A stretch of 64,000 nt of DNA. Origin: Eledone cirrhosa (Eukaryota). The notes under the pieces are model-generated. The model was not told where the DNA came from, searched no databases, and saw nothing but the letters and a program-made list of their open reading frames with translations. How positions within the stretch are numbered: the first letter of the stretch is position 1; every line of letters begins with the position of its first letter. The position numbers and the translations under genes were made by a program. Positions 57,719 through 64,000 of this stretch are shown here, one piece after another. The stretch is from assembly GCA_964016885.1 (NCBI GenBank), contig OZ024747.1:12400001-12464000 (forward strand), written 5' to 3'.

Positions 57719-60700
57719 GGAATATGAACAGGTAAGGTAAAGGTAAACTGCCAGGGAATATGAACAGGTATGGTAAAGGTAAACTGCCAGGGAATATGAA
57801 CAGGTATGGTAAAGGTAAACTGCCAGGGAATATGAACAGGTATGGTAAAGGTAAACTGCCAGGGAATATGAACAGGTATGGTAAAGGTAAACTGCCAGGG
57901 AATATGAACAGGTATGGTAAAGGTAAACTGCCAGGGAATATGAACAGGTATGGTAAAGGTAAACTGCCAGGGAATATGAACAGGTAAGGTAAAGGTAAAC
58001 TGCCAGGGAATATGAACATGTAAGGTAAACTACCTGGGAATATGAACAGGTATGGTAAAGGTAAACTGCCAGGGAATATGAACAGGTATGGTAAACTACC
58101 AGGGAATATGAACAGGTATGGTAAAGGTAAACTGCCAGGGAATATGAACAGGTATGGTAAAGGTAAACTGCCAGGGAATATGAACAGGTATGGTAAAGGT
58201 AAACTGCCAGGGAATATGAACAGGTATGGTAAAGGTAAACTGCCAGGGAATATGAACAGGTATGGTAAAGGTAAACTGCCAGGGAATATGAACAGGTAAG
58301 GTAAACTACCAGGGAATATGAACAGGTATGGTAAAGGTAAACTGCCAGGGAATATGAACAGGTAAGGTAAACTACCAGGGAATATGAACAGGTAAGGTAA
58401 ACTACCAGGGAATATGAACAGGTATGGTAAAGGTAAACTGCCAGGGAATATGAACAGGTATGGTAAACTACCAGGGAATATGAACAGGTATGGTAAAGGT
58501 AAACTACCAGGGAATATGAACAGGTAAGGTAAACTACCAGGGAATATGAACAGGTATGGTAAACTACCAGGGAATATGAACAGGTATGGTAAAGGTAAAC
58601 TGCCAGGGAATATGAACAGGTAAGGTAAACTACCAGGGAATATGAACAGGTAAGGTAAACTACCAGGGAATATGAACAGGTATGGTAAAGGTAAACTGCC
58701 AGGGAATATGAACAGGTATGGTAAACTACCAGGGAATATGAACAGGTATGGTAAAGGTAAACTACCAGGGAATATGAACAGGTATGGTAAAGGTAAACTG
58801 CCAGGGAATATGAACAGGTATGGTAAAGGTAAACTACCAGGGAATATGAACAGGTATGGTAAAGGTAAACTGCCAGGGAATATGAACAGGTATGGTAAAG
58901 GTAAACTGCTAGGGAATATGAACAGGTAAGGTAAACTACCTTGGAATATGAACAGGTATGGTAAAGGTAAACTGCCAGGGAATATGAACAGGTAAGGTAA
59001 ACTACCAGGGAATATGAACAGGTATGGTAAAGGTAAACTACCAGGGAATATGAACAGGTAAGGTAAACTACCAGGGAATATGAACAGGTATGGTAAAGGT
59101 AAACTACCAGGGAATATGAACAGGTAAGGTAAACTACCAGGGAATATGAACAGGTATGGTAAAGGTAAACTGCCAGGGAATATGAACAGGTATGGTAAAC
59201 TACCAGGGAATATGAACAGGTATGGTAAAGGTAAACTACCAGGGAATATGAACAGGTAAGGTAAACTGCCAGGGAATATGAACAGGTAAGGTAAACTGCC
59301 AGGGAATATGAACAGGTATGGTAAAGGTAAACTACCAGGGAATATGAACAGGTATGGTAAAGGTAAACTACCAGGGAATATGAACAGGTATGGTAAAGGT
59401 AAACTACCAGGGAATATGAACAGGTGTGGTAAAGGTAAACTGCTAGGGAATATGAACAGGTAAGGTAAACTACCTTGGAATATGAACAGGTATGGTAAAG
59501 GTAAACTGCCAGGGAATATGAACAGGTAAGGTAAACTACCAGGGAATATGAACAGGTATGGTAAAGGTAAACTGCCAGGGAATATGAACAGGTATGGTAA
59601 ACTGCCAGGGAATATGAACAGGTAAGGTAAACTACCAGGGAATATGAACAGGTATGGTAAAGGTAAACTGCCAGGGAATATGAACAGGTAAGGTAAACTA
59701 CCAGGGAATATGAACAGGTAAGGTAAACTGCCAGGGAATATGAACAGGTAAGGTAAACTACCAGGGAATATGAACAGGTATGGTAAAGGTAAACTGCTAG
59801 GGAATATGAACAGGTAAGGTAAACTGCCAGGGAATATGAACAGGTATGGTAAAGGTAAACTACCAGGGAATATGAACAGGTAAGGTAAACTACCAGGGAA
59901 TATGAACAGGTAAGGTAAACTGCCAGGGAATATGAACAGGTAAGGTAAACTACCAGGGAATATGAACAGGTATGGTAAAGGTAAACTGCCAGGGAATATG
60001 AACAGGTAAGGTAAACTACCAGGGAATATGAACAGGTAAAGGTAAACTGCCAGGGAATATGAACAGGTATGGTAAAGGTAAACTACCTGGGAATATGAAC
60101 AGGTAAGGTAAACTGCCAGGGAATATGAACAGGTATGGTAAAGGTAAACTGCCAGGGAATATGAACAGGTATGGTAAAGGTAAACTACCTGGGAATATGA
60201 ACAGGTAAGGTAAACTGCCAGGGAATATGAACAGGTATGGTAAAGGTAAACTACCAGGGAATATGAACAGGTATGGTAAAGGTAAACTGCCAGGGAATAT
60301 GAACAGGTATGGTAAAGGTAAACTGCTAGGGAATATGAACAGGTAAGGTAAACTGCCAGGGAATATGAACAGGTATGGTAAAGGTAAACTACCAGGGAAT
60401 ATGAACAGGTAAGGTAAACTACCAGGGAATATGAACAGGTATGGTAAAGGTAAACTACCAGGGAATATGAACAGGTAAGGTAAACTGCCAGGGAATATGA
60501 ACAGGTATGGTAAAGGTAAACTACCAGGGAATATGAACAGGTAAGGTAAACTGCCAGGGAATATGAACAGGTAAGGTAAACTACCAGGGAATATGAACAG
60601 GTATGGTAAAGGTAAACTGCCAGGGAATATGAACAGGTAAGGTAAACTACCAGGGAATATGAACAGGTAAAGGTAAACTGCCAGGGAATATGAACAGGTA

Positions 60701-63700
60701 TGGTAAAGGTAAACTACCTGGGAATATGAACAGGTAAGGTAAACTACCTGGGAATATGAACAGGTATGGTAAAGGTAAACTACCAGGGAATATGAACAGG
60801 TATGGTAAAGGTAAACTGCCAGGGAATATGAACAGGTAAGGTAAACTACCAGGGAATATGAACAGGTATGGTAAAGGTAAACTGCCAGGGAATATGAACA
60901 GGTATGGTAAAGGTAAACTGCCAGGGAATATGAACAGGTAAGGTAAACTACCAGGGAATATGAACAGGTATGGTAAAGGTAAACTGCCAGGGAATATGAA
61001 CAGGTATGGTAAAGGTAAACTGCCAGGGAATATGAACAGGTATGGTAAAGGTAAACTGCCAGGGAATATGAACAGGTATGGTAAAGGTAAACTGCCAGGG
61101 AATATGAACAGGTAAGGTAAACTGCCAGGGAATATGAACAATAAAGGTAAACTGCCAGGGAATATGAACAGGTATGGTAAAGGTAAACTGCCAGGGAATA
61201 TGAACAGGTATGGTAAAGGTAAACTGCCTGGGAATATGAACAGGTATGGTAAAGGTAAACTGACAGGGAATATGAACAGGTATGGTAAAGGTAAACTGCC
61301 AGGGAATATGAACAGGTAAGGTAAACTGCCTGGGAATATGAACAGGTATGGTAAAGGTAAACTGCCAGGGAATATGAACAGGTATGGTAAAGGTAAACTG
61401 CCAGGGAATATGAACAGGTATGGTAAAGGTAAACTGCCAGGGAATATGAACAGGTATGGTAAAGGTAAACTGCCAGGGAATATGAACAGGTATGGTAAAG
61501 GTAAACTGCCAGGGAATATGAACAGGTATGGTAAAGGTAAACTGCCTGGGAATATGAACAGGTATGGTAAAGGTAAACTGCCTGGGAATATGAACAGGTA
61601 TGGTAAAGGTAAACTGCCAGGGAATATGAACAGGTATGGTAAAGGTAAACTGCCTGGGAATATGAACAGGTATGGTAAAGGTAAACTGCCAGGGAATATG
61701 AACAGGTATGGTAAAGGTAAACTGCCAGGGAATATGAACAGGTATGGTAAAGGTAAACTGCCAGGGAATATGAACAGGTATGGTAAAGGTAAACTGCCAG
61801 GGAATATGAACAGGTATGGTAAAGGTAAACTGCCTGGGAATATGAACAGGTATGGTAAAGGTAAACTGCCAGGGAATATGAACAGGTATGGTAAAGGTAA
61901 ACTGCCAGGGAATATGAACAGGTATGGTAAAGGTAAACTGCCTGGGAATATGAACAGGTATGGTAAAGGTAAACTGACAGGGAATATGAACAGGTATGGT
62001 AAAGGTAAACTGCCAGGGAATATGAACAGGTAAGGTAAACTGCCTGGGAATATGAACAGGTATCGTAAAGGTAAACTGCCAGGGAATATGAACAGGTATC
62101 GTAAAGGTAAACTGCCAGGGAATATGAACAGGTATGGTAAAGGTAAACTGCCTGGGAATATGAACAGGTAAGGTAAAGGTAAACTGCCAGGGAATATGAA
62201 CAGGTAAGGTAAACTGCCTGGGAATATGAACAGGTATGGTAAAGGTAAACTACCAGGGAATATGAACAGGTAAGGTAAAGGTAAACTGCCAGGGAATATG
62301 AACAGGTATGGTAAAGGTAAACTGCCAGGGAATATGAACAGGTATGGTAAAGGTAAACTGCCTGGGAATATGAACAGGTATGGTAAAGGTAAACTGACAG
62401 GGAATATGAACAGGTAAGGTAAACTGCCAGGGAATATGAACAGGTATGGTAAAGGTAAACTGCCAGGGAATATGAACAGGTATGGTAAAGGTAAACTGCC
62501 AGGGAATATGAACAGGTATGGTAAAGGTAAACTGCCAGGGAATATGAACAGGTATGGTAAACTACCAGGGAATATGAACAGGTATGGTAAACTACCAGGG
62601 AATATGAACAGGTAAGGTAAACTACCTGGGAATATGAACAGGTATGGTAAACTACCAGGGAATATGAACAGGTAAGGTAAAGGTAAACTGCCAGGGAATA
62701 TGAACAGGTATGGTAAAGGTAAACTGCCAGGGAATATGAACAGGTATGGTAAAGGTAAACTGCCTGGCAATATGAACAGGTATGGTAAACTGCCAGGGAA
62801 TATGAACAGGTATGGTAAACTACCAGGGAATATGAACAGGTAAGGTAAACTGCCAGGGAATATGAACAGGTATGGTAAACTACCAGGGAATATGAACAGG
62901 TAAGGTAAAGGTAAACTGCCAGGGAATATGAACAGGTATGGTAAAGGTAAACTGCCAGGGAATATGAACAGGTATGGTAAAGGTAAACTGCCTGGGAATA
63001 TGAACAGGTATGGTAAACTGCCAGGGAATATGAACAGGTATGGTAAACTACCAGGGAATATGAACAGGTAAGGTAAACTACCTGGGAATATGAACAGGTA
63101 TGGTAAAGGTAAACTGCCAGGGAATATGAACAGGTATGGTAAACTACCAGGGAATATGAACAGGTAAGGTAAACTACCTGGGAATATGAACAGGTATGGT
63201 AAAGGTAAACTGCCAGGGAATATGAACAGGTAAGGTAAACTACCTGGGAATATGAACAGGTATGGTAAAGGTAAACTGCCAGGGAATATGAACAGGTATG
63301 GTAAACTACCAGGGAATATGAACAGGTAAGGTAAACTACCTGGGAATATGAACAGGTATGGTAAAGGTAAACTACCTGGGAATATGAACAGGTATGGTAA
63401 AGGTAAACTGCCAGGGAATATGAACAGGTATGGTAAAGGTAAACTGGCAGGGAATATGAACAGGTATGGTAAAGGTAAACTGCCAGGGAATATGAACAGG
63501 TATGGTAAAGGTAAACTGCCAGGGAATATGAACAGGTATGGTAAAGGTAAACTGCCAGGGAATATGAACAGGTATGGTAAAGGTAAACTGCCAGGGAATA
63601 TGAACAGGTATGGTAAAGGTAAACTGCCAGGGAATATGAACAGGTATGGTAAAGGTAAACTGCCAGGGAATATGAACAGGTATGGTAAAGGTAAACTGCC

Positions 63701-64000
63701 AGGGAATATGAACAGGTATGGTAAAGGTAAACTGCCAGGGAATATGAACAGGTATGGTAAAGGTAAACTGCCAGGGAATATGAACAGGTATGGTAAAGGT
63801 AAACTGCCAGGGAATATGAACAGGTATGGTAAAGGTAAACTGCCAGGGAATATGAACAGGTATGGTAAAGGTAAACTGCCTGGGAATATGAACAGGTATG
63901 GTAAAGGTAAACTGCCAGGGAATATGAACAGGTAAGGTAAACTGCCTGGGAATATGAACAGGTATGGTAAAGGTAAACTGCCAGGGAATATGAACAGGTA
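57719..64000. repeat. 36/30-bp satellite, over 6 kb, running off the end of the window
   Basis: ggaatatgaacaggtatggtaaaggtaaactgccag and a 30-bp deletion variant. Confidence 0.98.

Noticed and set aside
60647-62770. 707-aa ORF
   Set aside because: Produced by the 36/30-bp satellite; no unique coding sequence

Overview
AT-rich, microsatellite-dense eukaryotic DNA, most consistent with a coleoid cephalopod (octopus-type SINEs and repeat content; inferred, not searched). The only supportable protein-coding gene is a minus-strand tryptophan hydroxylase (TPH). Twelve GT-AG coding exons between 39330 and 24176 join in phase into 452 codons plus a stop; the start-codon exon is not securely located. 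The rest is repeats: two tRNA-derived SINE families, DNA-transposon MITEs, a decayed mariner, an RTE fragment, three L1/Tx1-type 3' ends stacked in a (GATA)n tract, very long (TA)n arrays, and 25-, 40-, 79- and 36/30-bp satellites. Nearly all long ORFs in the supplied track are repeat artefacts. The most notable pattern is a set of mutually unrelated fold-back elements in or beside microsatellites, several carrying type I hammerhead-ribozyme motifs typical of Penelope-like elements. One complete hammerhead lies in sense orientation in a TPH intron about 90 nt upstream of a splice acceptor. A 52-bp tandem array was also built from a TPH intron/exon junction, and its distal copy keeps an acceptor that leads to a stop codon.
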